Below, one piece after another: positions 14,701 through 29,300 of a stretch of DNA of 64,000 nt. Both the position numbers and the translations under genes were made by a program. The stretch's first letter is position 1. Every line of letters begins with the position of its first letter. Below the pieces are notes generated by a model that saw only the letters and a list, made by a program, of their open reading frames with translations, was not told the DNA's origin and did no database searches. The DNA is from Owenia fusiformis (Eukaryota), in NCBI GenBank assembly GCA_903813345.2, contig CAIIXF020000001.1, forward strand, positions 38,502,001 through 38,566,000, in the 5' to 3' direction.

Positions 14701-17700
14701 TATAAAGCCTGACAGGATTGTGTCCCTCAAAAGGGTCATCTACTACCAATAACAAAACCACCAAAAGCAAATCTTAGATATTCAAATTATACATCTCATT
14801 CACACCCTGGTACATGTATAATGTATATGTAGCCTGAAAGGATTGAGTCCCTCAAAATGGTCCTTCACTAATAAACCAAAAGCAAATTTCGGATATTACA
14901 AATCATAAATCTCCATGGAACTGCTATGTTGCGATAAACCAACTCAATTCCTGGCACATGTATACAAAACCTGATTATATAGCATTGCTCCTTTTGGTAA
15001 ATATCTGGGATCATAAGCAATATGCCCCTAAAAAGAATCAATGAATGAAGTTATCACTCAATTATTACAAAGAGATCACTCAATTATTACAAAGAGATCA
15101 CTCAATTATAACAAAGAGATCACTCAATTATTACAAAGAGATCACTCAATTATTACAAAGAGAAAGTACATGTAGCTAGCACAGAAATCAATTAAATAGC
15201 AACACTAGAAAAAAAGGTGTACAAAAAGTCCCCACCAAGTGGTGATCCCGTCAAATGGTTATCCTGAAAATGAGTAGACAATTAGACTTTGCCAACACAA
15301 TTTGAGGACGGAAAATCCAAAATGGCCGCCTTAAAATTTACCCAGAATCCCCAAAAATTAGCTAGTTCTAGATTTTCATACTAAGAACCACCCCTGAAAA
15401 TTTGAAATTGATCCGTCAAACAGTTAAACAAGACTTTACAGACAAGATTTTAGGATGGAACATCCAAAATGGCTGCCTTGACATTTACCCAGAATGTCAA
15501 AAAACTAATCAGTTCTAGATTTTCATACTAAGAATCATCCCTGAAAAGTTGAAATTGATCTACCAAACGGTTCAACTGAAAACGCGTAGACAAGACTTTA
15601 CAGACAAGATTTTAGGACAGAAAATCCAAAATGGCTGCCTTGACATTTACCCAGAATGCCAAAAAACTAATCAGATCTAGGTTTTCATACTAAGAATCAT
15701 CCCTGAAAATTTGAAATTGATGTAACAAACAGTTCACCTGGAAATGCGTAGACAAGACTTTACAGACAAGATTTTAGGACGGAAAATCCAAAATGGCTGC
15801 CTTGACATTTACCCAGAACACCAAAAAAACTAATCAGATCTAGATTTTCATACTAAGAATCATCCCTGAAAATTTGAAATTGTTCTACCAAACGGTTCAC
15901 CTGGAAATGCGTAGACAAGACTTTACAGACAAGATTTTAGGACGGAAAATCCAAAATGGCTGCCTTGACATTTACCCAGAACGCCAAAAAAACTAATCAG
16001 ATCTAGATTTTCATACTAAGAATCATCCCTAAAAATTTGAAATTGATCTACAAAACGGTTCACCTGAAAACGCGTAGACAAGACTTTACAGACAAGATTT
16101 TAGGATGGAAAAAAACAAAATGGCCGACAATAAAAAAGTGATTATGAGTTTTTGCTAATTTCCTTTTACAAAATTATCACATATAACTACTGTTAACAAT
16201 AACATAGGCTTTTTCAACAAAGTACACCTGAAATTATTTATAAAGCTACTAAATAGTTAAAGTATGAAAACTCAAAAACACCATTCAATATGATACAAAG
16301 TATTATCGCGCTAACTTTTCTTCAGACATTGAAAATGGCTGACATGACTGAGCTAACAGGTCCAAAACCTAATCAGATGTAGAATGAAGTGAGCTGAACA
16401 AGATGTTAAAGTTTTCAAAGCAACTGTGAAGCTGTTTTTCTTAAAGTTTGCAGACAAGAATTTTAGCATTTGACCTCAAAATGGCCGACAGGAAGTAGCT
16501 ATCGAGTTCATTTTTTTTTCATCCACATCTGTATGCACTCACAAGTTATTCCTGAAAATTTGAAGGTGATACCTGTAGCGGTTTTGGAGAATACTGCCGG
16601 ACGTACGGACGGACAGACAGACAACCAGACGGACAGACAGACAGACGCGCCTAGGACGACAATATGGCCACACACTATGTGGTGGGGACATAATAAAATG
16701 AATCACTCAATAAATTAGGTTGTGATACAAAATAAAAATAAAACAGCAAGGTTTGGTCAAACTAAAGTATAGGTAGGGATTCGGTAATCGGTACATGTAG
16801 CATCGTCTATAAACTTCAGGCTCATTGTGTAAAATGTTTACATGAAACATGTGATAATGCCCCTGTACCTCCTCATCATAAGGTTCCTCTTCTTCCTCTT
16901 CTTCATAAGCTTCACGTAAATCATCTTCCTCATCTTCACCATCATACTCTTCTTCAAAATCAGGATGATATTCGTCATGATCCGCAATATCAGGGTCACC
17001 TTCTTTTAAAGATCCTGGTGGTGGGGGAAAGTCAATTGGGGGAGGTGGAGTGGTGTTAGGCTACAGAGGTAGTAAATACTGGTTAGGTAGTAGGTAAGAC
17101 ATTCAATTATATACTGAACTTTGCTATACTCTACAATCTTTTATTAGGACTGCAATGCTGAGAATGAATATATTTCAATACTTAACACCTCAAAATATGA
17201 ACACTTTCTGGTTGAAGTACAAGATGAATTCTTTAGTCAGTAATGTCTGTGATTCTGAAATGTCTATAATAAAAAAGTTAATTTGTTCGAAGAAATTTAA
17301 ATGGTTTTGTATTTAGATTAAATCATCTGAGAAATGCACATTCTCAAGCTTGTTTTCGATATCCCCGTCTCTTGAAAGCGAACAGTACTTATCACCAGCA
17401 AACTACATTCACTCTATCTGGTTAATCAGCATTTAATGTGCAAATGATGAAAAGCAAAGCCCAGTATATTGTCAAGAGATTGTAAATAATTTAGCTCATA
17501 AAACAAAGTAATAAAGGTTTTGGCTTGTATTAAGAGTTTTAATATTCAAGCTCTCAGTTAAAACTGATATGAAAATAACCAAACATGGAAAAGAACATAC
17601 ATGTAATATTTTCATGCATTTTAGCAGAACAACTACCAACACCATTCCACCATACACATAATACAGGAGGACATTCCTAAATGTAATCGCATAACCTTAC

Positions 17701-20700
17701 ACTGTTAACCCCAGGGAATATTCTCCTATTGCCATAGGTTTAGTCTAATAAGCCTGCCTAAACTCTACAACCAAGGGGCTTCAGAGGACCAACTATTATA
17801 CAGGGTACTGGGAGTTAACCATCTTAGCAATATTGATTACTTATTCTTTCAGCTGAGGGAAGATTCAAGAAAGTGCGATCATAAGTTCATGGCCCAAAAG
17901 GTAAAGAGATTAGGGCTTGATGTAAGACCAAATATTAACACAACCAACCACAAATGCAAGATGAGTGAGATCGCTATAGATTAGAGATCACAGAAAAGCA
18001 AAGGTGCATTTGATTAAAATAACACAGAAAATGTTCCTACTGGCACAATGTTCTACTCTCTACTCTGTGCTGCTACTTCATGGTAAGTCACATCTAATAC
18101 AAGACATCAAAACTTGATCATTCCTGCACATACCTCTCCCTCATCCCCTCTGGCCTCCTGTGCTCCTTCATCTGGTGTTTCAGTTGGTTCCTGTTCAACA
18201 GGTTTGTATATTCCCTTGATATTTGGCCAGATCTTCTCCAGGAACATATCAAAGTCAACCTGGTCATTATCTTCCAAGTGTTCCTATCAGATAAGTAAGA
18301 ATTAATGCTTAGCTACTTGTATTCTACATTGTTCATCCTTTATTTTTTAATTCATTTCTTTATAAATTTATGAATAGTACTGTACATTCCTTTTATAACA
18401 TTACATGGAAAATACAAGACAACTTTAGTGTATGTATTGTATGTGTGGTAAAAATTGTTGGTAGAAATTGAGAAACTGCATAGTTATACTCTGACATATC
18501 AATAAAATTCTGAATAATCAATTTTTTCTTTTCAGGAAAATATTTTCAAAACCAGCAAGGACAAACAAAGTTAGATTTTGTATAAAGTTAAAGTTGTTTA
18601 ACATGTCCAAAAAGTTGTATTAGGAAAACACATAAAACTATGGATAATAGGGATCCCACAAAATTTTACATAAAGGTTTAATATATCTCTTGATATTTGG
18701 ATTGTTGATCCAATTCAAGATTTTTACAGTAATTCAATTGTTAACCTTCATATTTTCATATTCATATTCAACCTTTTACATGTCATGGGGCTCGGGACCC
18801 TAGACAGATCTGAAAAAAATTTCAAAATCAGACAAATATAAGAGATAAAGGTAGGAATGAATGTGATATGTATCCCTACAGGCTCCCAGCACATTAATTT
18901 TCTAAAATTGCCATCAAGTTCAATACAGTAAAACCTGTGTACAGAAAACACCTTTAGAGCCAGAAAAATGTGTTCACTGAAGGTAGGTGTTCACTAGACA
19001 CAGGTGTTCACTAAAGAGAGGTGTTCACTAAGACAAGACAGGTTTTACTGTATTTCATTGTGGGGTTTAGATATTTACAAAAATACATATAAGAAAAACT
19101 GACAGTATTGATACTCAGTGGATTGTGGGACCTCTAATATATACATAGCATATTGTTAAGTAAAGTAAAATACCTTAGCTTCATCTGGAGTCACCGTTCC
19201 ATTAGAGTCAATATCAAACTCAGTTCGATCCATTAACTCTTCTATTGACACTCTATAACACATAGTTCAACATCATGTTAATACATTCACTGCACACAAT
19301 AATTAGGAGAATACTGTAGATCACCGGTTAAGTTTTAAAGCACACACAATGTATCAGCAATTAGCAAAGCAAACACACAGTGCTTGATGTCAAGAAATAT
19401 GAGGCTTAATGTTGATGAATTATATGTACTATCCATAATGTCTTTGAACTACAAAATGTTTGAACTAGAAAATGGCAACTCAATTAAGTAGCAAATCCCA
19501 ATTAACAAATTATTCATATGTCTGAAATTTGTCATCATTTGATATTTACAATTTGCCACATCTGTGGAATCTCAGAACTACAACCAATTCAAGATTTTGG
19601 TGGCCATTTTGAATTTTTGTGGGCTCTTTTGTCCACTTAAATATACCTTTGATTTCAGTATAATATACTTATATTTGAAAGGGATCTCCTTATAATTGTG
19701 AATTCTCAGATTAGGCCCTGAATTCACAATATCTACCATATATGAGAATTAGATATTCATGTTTTATATTAAGGCATTTTGGATTTTCCAAAGCATTAAT
19801 CAGAAAAATTATACAATTATACTTGTCATAATATAGCCATACATTGAAGAGATCTCCAATTACTGCAAATTTTCATATCATTTGAGTATTTTCTCAGGCA
19901 AGAATCAGGAAAAATATACTGTAATACATTTACAATACAATCTACTCAAAAGATGCCTTTTATTATTAGGTATTATTATAAGTCGTCATTCAGGAAGGTC
20001 TCAAAATTGATGAAAATTCCTAGTGAAAAACATGGAAAATACAAGAAATTCAAAAAGCATCCATACATGTAATGTTATACAGTAATTAAAAGTTATATTT
20101 TCTTAAAAATTCCAGCCATTTTCGAAACAGCCCCTATCATGAAAAAAACTATTTACCAATATATATCTCTCCACCTGATATGATGAAAATCTATTGACAC
20201 TACTTTCTTAGAAATTACAAATGGACTGACTGATGGATGGAGAGCATAACTATATTCCTATCGAACTTTGCTCGTAGGGATAAATCGAGTAGAGTACATG
20301 TAATTCCATCATATTAACAATCATATATTGACATCAAATATTACCCTTAAGCGCTTTTGTAGTTTCCTATGATTAAGAATTTTCTTGAATCTGAGATTTA
20401 CTAAAAGTTCAGGTCCGTGTAATCTGGAGTAAAGTTAAATTCTCATTTCAATGGGAAAATGCCTGTGTGTCAACAGCTTTAAAGGTAGATTACGCCTTAG
20501 GTTTCTCCCCTGGACAATCCGTGATGTCCAATTATAATTGCTTATGTAATATCTTACATACCTCAGATATATCTTAAGACCAAAGTATGAGTACAGTATT
20601 GCCGATATATTGAGAAAATCAACAGAACAAGCAACTGTCAGAATTGAACACAATTGAGTTCCATCGCGGCATCGAAGGGAAACCCTTTCAAATGACAGGA

Positions 20701-23700
20701 GCACACGAGCGTCGGCAAACTTGGCACGCGTCTTGAGCCAAGCAACCAATCAGATTCAAAGCCGGTTGTCAATTTCTTTAAGAATTTCCAGAACTGCCAT
20801 TTACGGAGTTCTTTTGTTCACGTAACCAATATTGGTAAACATATTTAACGACCAATCAGATAACAAATGGATATTCAAGTTTCAGAAAATTAATTTTGAC
20901 GAAAATAATTCGACTGGTCAGGACCTCTTAGTTGGTAAGTAGATAGGTGAATGTGTGGTTTGGCTCAATAAGTCAAAAGTCCAGGGGGTCTTGATTGTGC
21001 TTTCCTATCGCAACATCTAACAAGATGCAATATGTAGTATGTACACATTATCCAATACACAATTTGAGAAAGAAAATGTTGACTTGATTTTTAAATATGG
21101 CAATTCCTTGAAGTTAGCACACACAGTAACAATTCTCCCAAACTACTATGTTAAATGAATCCTTAAATCAAAGAAATGTATTCTTCTGCTTTTTCTATCA
21201 CTATATCCTGATCAAACAGCATTTGTTTGGAAATTAAAACTACAATTATGGACCTTATATTTTGACAAAGTTGATGTTTGAAAAGTTCTTTAATGAATAG
21301 GGCATTGTGAAAGTGATTGATTTCAAAGATTTCTAATGAAATGATAGGTGATTATGAACATACTGATTGTCTTGATTGGTATCTAGGTCTATAAAAGCTT
21401 CTAGAGCAGATTTTTTCTCTTCCTCAGCAGCTCTCCTGGCTTTCTCCTCTGTAAGATAAAACAAGCAGTCTGAATGAGTTAATTAATCAAATAAACCTCT
21501 AATATCATTACTGGTCCATTGACCATGGAGGGAGACGTTGTAAAGATTTATTATGATAAGATCTGGATGACAATACTTGTATATTATCCATAAATTTCCA
21601 GAAAATTATTTTGAAGCAAAAATTGTACACTGGTACATACCCTCCCAGGCTTGCTGATGCTTATCTTTTGCCTCTTTTTCTGGATATTCCTTTTCTTTTT
21701 TTATAGCTGAAAATATATAGCAGGATTATAAGTAATTGTTACCAATTTCTTTTATTCAATTTATTATTTATTTGAAACATTTAATAATTATAAAACTTAG
21801 TGGCCTAAAAGAGCATGTAAATCTGTTTATCGTATGATCTAAAATTAAGCCCTCTGATTGGTCAGTTCTTGTGCTGTACCAATCTGTATTGCTACTGAGA
21901 TTGTTCCCGTTAATCATCTCCGTCGCTATACAGAAAATATTGGTTCGGAGGGGACAATCTCAGTAGTAATACAGAGGATCACACAATAAAATGTTATTGA
22001 ATGATTTGATGGAATTTCTCGAGCATAATATATCCTGTATTGCACTTCAAATCATTCAATAACTTATAATGTTTGAATGATTTTATTCCATTATTGGAAG
22101 AGAGAACTGCATGGATTTGTAATTTGCAATCTTGCCAGAATGATCTCTAATGATACTTATACTGGTTCTTATATATGCATGATTAAAATATCAATCACCT
22201 TCTAAGTTTACTCTCAGTGTTTCTTGAGCTGTTCTCTCAAGTGCCAGTTCTGTTAATCTTTCCTGAAAATATGAACTTTTGGTCAATCTACACAAAAGGA
22301 ATAAAGTACATGGAAGGCGGCTTAAGATATCCTGATATTTTTGGATGAGGTTTAGTTTGTAATTACCATAAAATGTTCTACAATTAGTATTACATTGAAA
22401 ACTACACATTTCTGATGATTATAGATCACTATGCGTTCACAGGCATATTGTGGTTATATTATATCCATTACTAAAGAAAATATGTATGGAAGGTATAACA
22501 CAAATCTTAAACCAAAGTGACTGAAGGTGTCATACCTTTTTATTTTGCTTGGCTTCTAATCCTTGTTTACTATATTCAACTTTAAGAAGATAACCTTGCT
22601 CAGCAAGCTCCTTAGCTGCCTGTTGCTGGACACGAAGCTCTTTGCCTAGTTCCCTGAAACAATCGAAAAACATTCCATATAATAGGAGATTTTTACTAGA
22701 ATCCCATACAACAGTCAAAACTAAAGAAAACAACATGCAAATCATGGTAAATTTTAACATGGTAACTAGCAAAAGGTAACTTTGGTAAAAAAACAAACAG
22801 GAAAATAGCCCATTCTATCCAGCTAATTAAAGCATGTCATGTTATAGGTTGACAATGGGATTGCAGAAAATAAATGATTTTCAATATTATAAAATAAAGA
22901 TTTTTTAATGAGTATAGGAGCTTTCATTAACTCACATGCAATTATTTTCACAAGACACAATACCACTGTACTCATCTGTTCCATCACAACAGTCTGAAAG
23001 CAGAATTCATTTTTGATCTTTATATTACAGAAAAACAAAAAACCTTTTAATGATAAACAGCTTTTAGAAAATTGTTCCACATGATTTTTCATACTTTTAA
23101 TGCTAAAAGAAGTTGTATAAATGTTATATATGATTTTTCATACTTTTAATGCTACTTTTAATGCTACTTTTAATACTAAAAGAAGTTACATTTTTTGCTT
23201 GATATAATATGTCAGCTTATATACAATTTTACTTACCACATATTCCATCATTGACCCAAGCAGATGAGATGTACTGAGGTTTATACCCTGCATTTGTACA
23301 ATGGAACTGCCCATTTGTACAGGCTGATGTTCCTGCAATGTGCCATCATATTTTGTTAGGTTCAAGACTGATATTGGGTATGTGGCGATTTAAGTCAGTG
23401 TCATGGCAGCAATGAAACATAATTACCATCTTGGACATAATTATACAAGCAAGTTGAGACCATGGGGTCATCCCAAAGTTGTCCCACTCATCATAAAAAG
23501 AAGTATGATCAGTACCTTCAGTGGGACCACATTTATTCTAATCATGATATAAATTAAAAAACAAGATCACTGATTCATTATTCATACAGTAGTTGTTTTA
23601 ATTAAAATGAAATGAAAATTTACTGAAAATTTATATAGATTACCTGGTTCATCTGATCCATCTACACAGTCACAGTAATCATCATTGATGAGACCAAACT

Positions 23701-24987
23701 CTATTTTTCCTGAACCATCAAAGCAATAGAAACTTTTCCCAGGCTGATACAATGAGGCTTCTGGAAAATAGAAGTTTTCTGTGAAGCAGTCGAACAATAG
23801 ACAAATTGATTCCTTTATAGGGCTAGGGGTAGGCCTAATGAAGTGCAGGGAAGTGCTTTCATACAAACATGGCTCTCACTAGGTAATACCATAGTGCCCA
23901 AAGTCTATTTGTTCCCACCACAATCTACTGCCAAATCATGATTGTTCCCACAGTCCAAATCAGTCTTGCCTATTACAGGTACAATGAAGAGTACAGGGAG
24001 GCCATGTAGGTTATTGTCGGACACTCAATGCACTGATGCAGGCCTTCCTTTGTCCGACAATTACCTACATGGGCTGAGCCAAGAGGCCCCAGAGTTCAAA
24101 GATAACATACACTTAGAATGTAAACCTGTGTTGAGATGACATACACCTCTGATTGGTCCAAATCGATAAACAAAAATGGCATATTCAAAATTTTCTAATA
24201 ACGCTTGGAATAATATTATGTTGATTCCTGGCGTATTTACCAATATCATAGCTTGGTTTTTCACATCAAGATAAAGAAATATGTAAGAAATATGTTTACA
24301 TCGATTAAAACATCACGACGTCGCACTATGTTCGAAAATTAACTGGTGAGAATTTGCGCAAACAAAGGTGCTAAAATGGAAATTCTTAGGGGTAGAATCT
24401 GATGGATTTATACTCGATCATGTATCTTTATGGTAAAAATTCTCATGTAGAAGGATGGACAGATCTATTTTCTACAAAATTAGCCTAGAATGACGGCTGG
24501 ACATGCAGTTATTGTCATTTCAGAGCTGATTTCAGCCAGGTTAGGCAATCTACCTCTGTTTCAGTCCTTGTTTAGATAAGAGATAATGATATCCATCTTC
24601 TCTTTCAGGTATTACCTATCTTTAGCTTTCCCATCAGTTTATACAGGTTCCTGTGCATGCTAAGTACGACATTTGCACTATTCATTTGGGAATGGAACCT
24701 TAAATCTTCATTAGTTGAACCAGTTTGCTTCTTAAACCACTAAAATCATTCCACGTCGCCATACAACAGGCCGGCGGCCACAGACTCGTTCAAAAAGAAT
24801 ACAAAAAGAAAACGTTTTCAAAATATTATTTCGTGATTAACCTACTTGAAATCGCCACACCTCTCGGCCTTTGGACTTCACCGTTGGTCGAGCAATTTAT
24901 AATTCCAAATATTAAATAGAATACCTTCAAGTTGAGATAGAATTTCATAAAAGAATGAAGACAAAATTTTATCGAACCGGTCGCCAT
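11735..24987 (-). CDS. PRKCSH: Glucosidase II beta subunit (576 aa, 16 exons)
   Basis: Exons: 24846-24987, 23644-23760, 23237-23332, 22936-22993, 22536-22653, 22199-22262, 21641-21706, 21364-21448, 19174-19252, 18134-18283, 16869-17060, 14235-14319, 13597-13666, 13276-13440, 12472-12571, 11735-11878, all GT-AG and in phase. Signal peptide then EVQRPRGVA; LDLa-like [19 protein letters not shown] and [16 protein letters not shown]-hand-like [11 protein letters not shown]; Pro/Glu-rich tract; MRH domain ([36 protein letters not shown]); C-terminal HEEL. Confidence 0.97.
15053..15162. repeat. 22-bp minisatellite, 5 copies
   Basis: (ATCACTCAATTATTACAAAGAG)x5 with one substitution. Confidence 0.95.
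15200..16700. mobile_element. Helentron-associated (HINE/DINE-like) element with a central tandem array, in a PRKCSH intron
   Basis: GTCCCCACCA (~15228) is inverted to TGGTGGGGAC (~16680-16689). About 5.5 copies of a ~162-163-bp unit (15245-16130), a (GACA/GGAC)n microsatellite at ~16598-16647 and a terminal hairpin. Confidence 0.65.
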
Positions 24988-25020
24988 CTTGGATATTCCC
25001 CCACTGGAGACACGTGATCA
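24980..25020 (-). promoter_or_regulatory. PRKCSH proximal promoter motifs: YY1 site overlapping the ATG and an E-box
   Basis: Minus-strand CAAGATGGCG spans the start codon; CACGTG at 25011-25016. Confidence 0.45.
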
Positions 25021-26389
25021 AGATTCAACACGAGGCTGACTGGAGAATCCTTGATTTGGGTTTCGTTTAGTGTTAACTTAGAAAAGTAAGAGATATTATC
25101 CCCGGGCGAAACCCAGAATACCAAGATGTCTTGCTCATGATAATGAGCCTAGTAATACATTAGGCCCTGAATAAGAGAAATAGTTTAAATGATGATTCTA
25201 TATATACAAACAGCATATTGTTAGATTGAATCCCATATGGAAGCCATATGCAGGTGTTTCATTAGCAGCTGGCAACAGGAGATATTCACCGGTTGTCACA
25301 AAATTGCCTGTTGTTTTTAGGGACTTTTCCATGTTTAATTTATCATTTCCATTAATTTTGCCTGTTGTTTTCATTTATTTAGCCTATTGAGAGAAAATCT
25401 GATGGTTTCTTGTTTATGTTTTTTTGTGATTGAATATGGAATGCTCATCTGAATGAAAAACAGTTCATTATTAAACTATTAATGTCTATACAGGCCCGTA
25501 GCCAATTTTTTTACAAAATTATGCAGTTTTTCACCATTCTGAGCAGTTTATACTTTATTTTGGCCATTTTTGGGCCAAAATTGTTAAAAGTAAACCCCCC
25601 TTGAATTTCTCCCTTGCTAATATCATATATTCTCTCAATATGTATTTGAATCAAGAAATCAAGAGAAAATGTTAACATTCTATTTTTGTAAATAAAACAC
25701 TTTATTTTCTGGAAAAAATGTACTGTTCTGTATTTGAGGGAATAAGATATTTGAAAAGTACATTGTAAAATACCCAAAAATCCTCATCCATTGAACAAAT
25801 TACCAGATTAAAAGTCATATCATATTTTAATTTTTTCTGTTTATTTGTCTTTATCTTCCTACATCTCAAAAATGGACTACAAACATGGGTGTGGTCAGAC
25901 ATGAGGCTAAATTTTAAAGAAGTATGAATTATATTCAGACATTTTTTCAACTACAACAAATCTAAAACTGTGGAAATAAAGTCCAAATGTAACATACTTC
26001 ATTTAGCCTACATTTGCCTTGCCTAATTTCTATCCCGGATATGTCGCTTACATAACTGCATAATACTGTGCAAATCACCTAATGTACCTGCATACAATAA
26101 CAAATGGCAAATTCACAGGTACACCATGAACTTAATATCATATCTCCTATATTCTTTACCATCCTCCTGGATCTTTACTTGCCATAACTACAATGAATAC
26201 ACCTTTTTGTTGCACTCGTTATGGCCATTAATTCTCAGGAAATCGATACAGATGGAGACGCTTTATGGCATGAATGTTCCATCTCCACATTGCAGTTCGA
26301 ATTTTGAATCACTATTTCACATCAGTCGTCCAAGTTACATGTATATCATCCAAACATTTCTTTAAACCAGTATGTTATATTAAATTGTT

Positions 26390-29300
26390 CTAATCTTTTA
26401 CCCAACTCATTTTTCTAGCTATATAATCCTTTTGTATTGTTTCTCTCTCTTCAGCAGGGGGAAGTGATGGGCTTATGCCCTTTCTGTTCCGTTCTTTCAT
26501 TATCATAGACTGAAAATAAAAATGCAAATGTTTTATTCAAGAGACATCCATCAAAACAATTGATTTAGACCATGCAGTATATTACTCAGATTTGAGTAAA
26601 AATAATCAACATATCTGAATACATTTTAATTGATATAATTATTGTACTAAAAAGGTTAGATGGAAAGGAGCACAAAAAGTATTGCAACAGATTTCAGACA
26701 GTCATATGTTGGATTTTGTCTGTTTTCTGAGGATTTAAACAGGTGCATATGTTAGTCCAATGCATTACCTCCAGGAAAGGCACTCATACAGATGATAAAA
26801 TGATTTTGACTTTGAGACAGAGAAGATGCAAACAACCCATCCAAATGTTTTTTTTTGAAATGTTGTCCTGATTTTCAACCCCTTCCACCCCTGCTTTTTC
26901 AATTATTGTTGCATCAATATGTTGCGTTTTGACACACAGTTAACCCCTTTAAAGGATTAAGTAATTCCTTTAAGACAAAATGGAAAACAATATTTCCCAT
27001 GTTATTTTCCCATAGGGAAAACTCTTACGATCCATTGCTTTCAGCTTAATTTTGGTCACCCATAATGGATATCTTAAAAACCCCTGAAGGAATGACTAAT
27101 TACATCTCTATGAGTGCTTTTCCTGGAGGTAATGCATTGGCCTAACATATGCACCTGTTTAAATCCTCAGAAAATGGCCAAAATCCAACACATGACTGTC
27201 CGAAATCTGTTGCGATACTTTTCATCCTCCTTTATTCACAAAGTAGGGAGATGTTAGTATACATGTACAGTATCCCATCTGAGCTGTCCATCTGGTAGTT
27301 ATACCCATAACTAGATTATCAAATGATTCCCCATCAAATTTTGCGTTAATTAATGTAAACACGATAAGATGTCCTTACCCAAAACTCCCTGCAGTTTTTG
27401 TAATTTTTGAAGTATATACTACATTTGTCTCTGTCATAATTGTGATCTTGGAGGCACTTCAGTGACATCTTTTGTTCCTGAAAAGATATATAAACATTTT
27501 GCACAATAATGTCTATACTTGAGTTCCTCCTAAAAAAGATGTAGTGGGCACTTATTTTGCATGAATGTTTATTTAGAAGGCCATCAGAAGGAATATTATT
27601 ACCACCTTGCCAGGCCAATTCTAGCCTTCAGCCCTCCGTCCAATAATAACCTGGTATTCTTTTCTTTACCGTTTTGAATTTGAAAAGCACAGTATAAGGT
27701 AAGTATCTTTGGAATCAAGATGTATTTTTGGTTTTAAATAAAAAAAACACACTTCAGATCATTTTTCACTCCAACGAACTGGTATTACCGCTTACTGGCA
27801 TTACCGGCATTACCATCAGCCTCTAATGAGAATGGTTGTGGAAAATTAATTACCTCTCAATTTCGCTATGGCATAGTCTAGTAGTTACACATATGCTTAA
27901 TTTGAGGTTGTTTTGGATCGTTTTGGATATTTGGTATGGCATTGCTCCTATATTTGGACATTTGGTATGGTATTGGTCGTCTATTCTAACATTTGATATG
28001 GCTTTTGGGATTTATTTTGGTTGGTATGGGAACACAATAAAATTTGACAGACTGGTATGGGAACATACATATTGATATCTGAGGGTTCAGCCTAGGAGCC
28101 TCACCAAATTTTGTATAAAGTGACCCCCCCCCCCCCCCTGAGTCTGTATTCAACACACTGACTAGAAGTCAGTCCATCAATCTTACGTTCTGTCCTGTGG
28201 GAATTGCAGAGAAATGTTTTGCATAAAATTATCCAGAAAGCTTTACTTTCCATAACATTATAACAATACAATTAAGTGGTAATGTACATGTACATGTACA
28301 TATTAAATGCTAAAAAAAGTGACACAGCATATTGTCAAGTGAAAGTAAAGCTTGGAGAAGTAACAAATTAATATACTCCTGTATGTAAACAAATATTTTT
28401 AATACTAAATTTGAACATATGACATAGGTGTTACAGTCTTCATATTTTCACCCCAAAGGAGGGGGAGTTGTTTGTGGAATGAATTGGGGGAGTTTTTTCA
28501 TGCATTTCGCTTATGTTTTTCATCCAAAAAACATCAATACACTTTAAAACAATTTATTGACTATAAGATTGCATCATATAATCCCCAAAAATATTTCTCA
28601 TTTTGAAGGATTATTATGTGCAACAATTAGTGCAGAGGGGCCATTCAGCGATCATGGACCGATGTAAAAAATTATATATTTAAGTTTTGATATTTCATCA
28701 AGACTAATATATATTTTTATTATCTCCAAAGAAAGCACCTGAATAAACACTATTTCAACTGATATTCCTCTTGAAACATGGTGGATCTTAAAAATCCATA
28801 AGTGGGACTCCCTTTATAGAAGATTTGAAGTGATTTTACACTTCTTTATGCTGAAATCGATAGTTTATCCATACATTTTAAGAAAATAGCTATCTCAAAG
28901 AAGATGTTTAGCCAAATGCTGCCCTGAAAGCTTAGAAAAAGTAAAAAATTTCGAATTTTCCCTCTACAGTCCTTGTTGCCCCTTTAACGACCCAGGTATT
29001 TTCATTTTTCAGAGGACTGGGAATCATTGATAATCAACACTTTTGAATAATATAAAAGCTGTTTTAAATAGGTTTCATATTTGCCAATAATTTCTCAAAT
29101 TGTGTAAACTGTACACATTCCTTATCCCTAGAATTTGCACTTTAAGGAATTCCCCATAGAAATCCAATGATACAGTTCCAAGCAGATTTTGAGATAACAG
29201 GAAAGTAAATCTTTAGTACACACCTTATTGTGTTGTTTTGGTTTATAATCGCAACTCTAACCATGCCATATCAACACCCTATGCTAAATTATGAGGTGCA

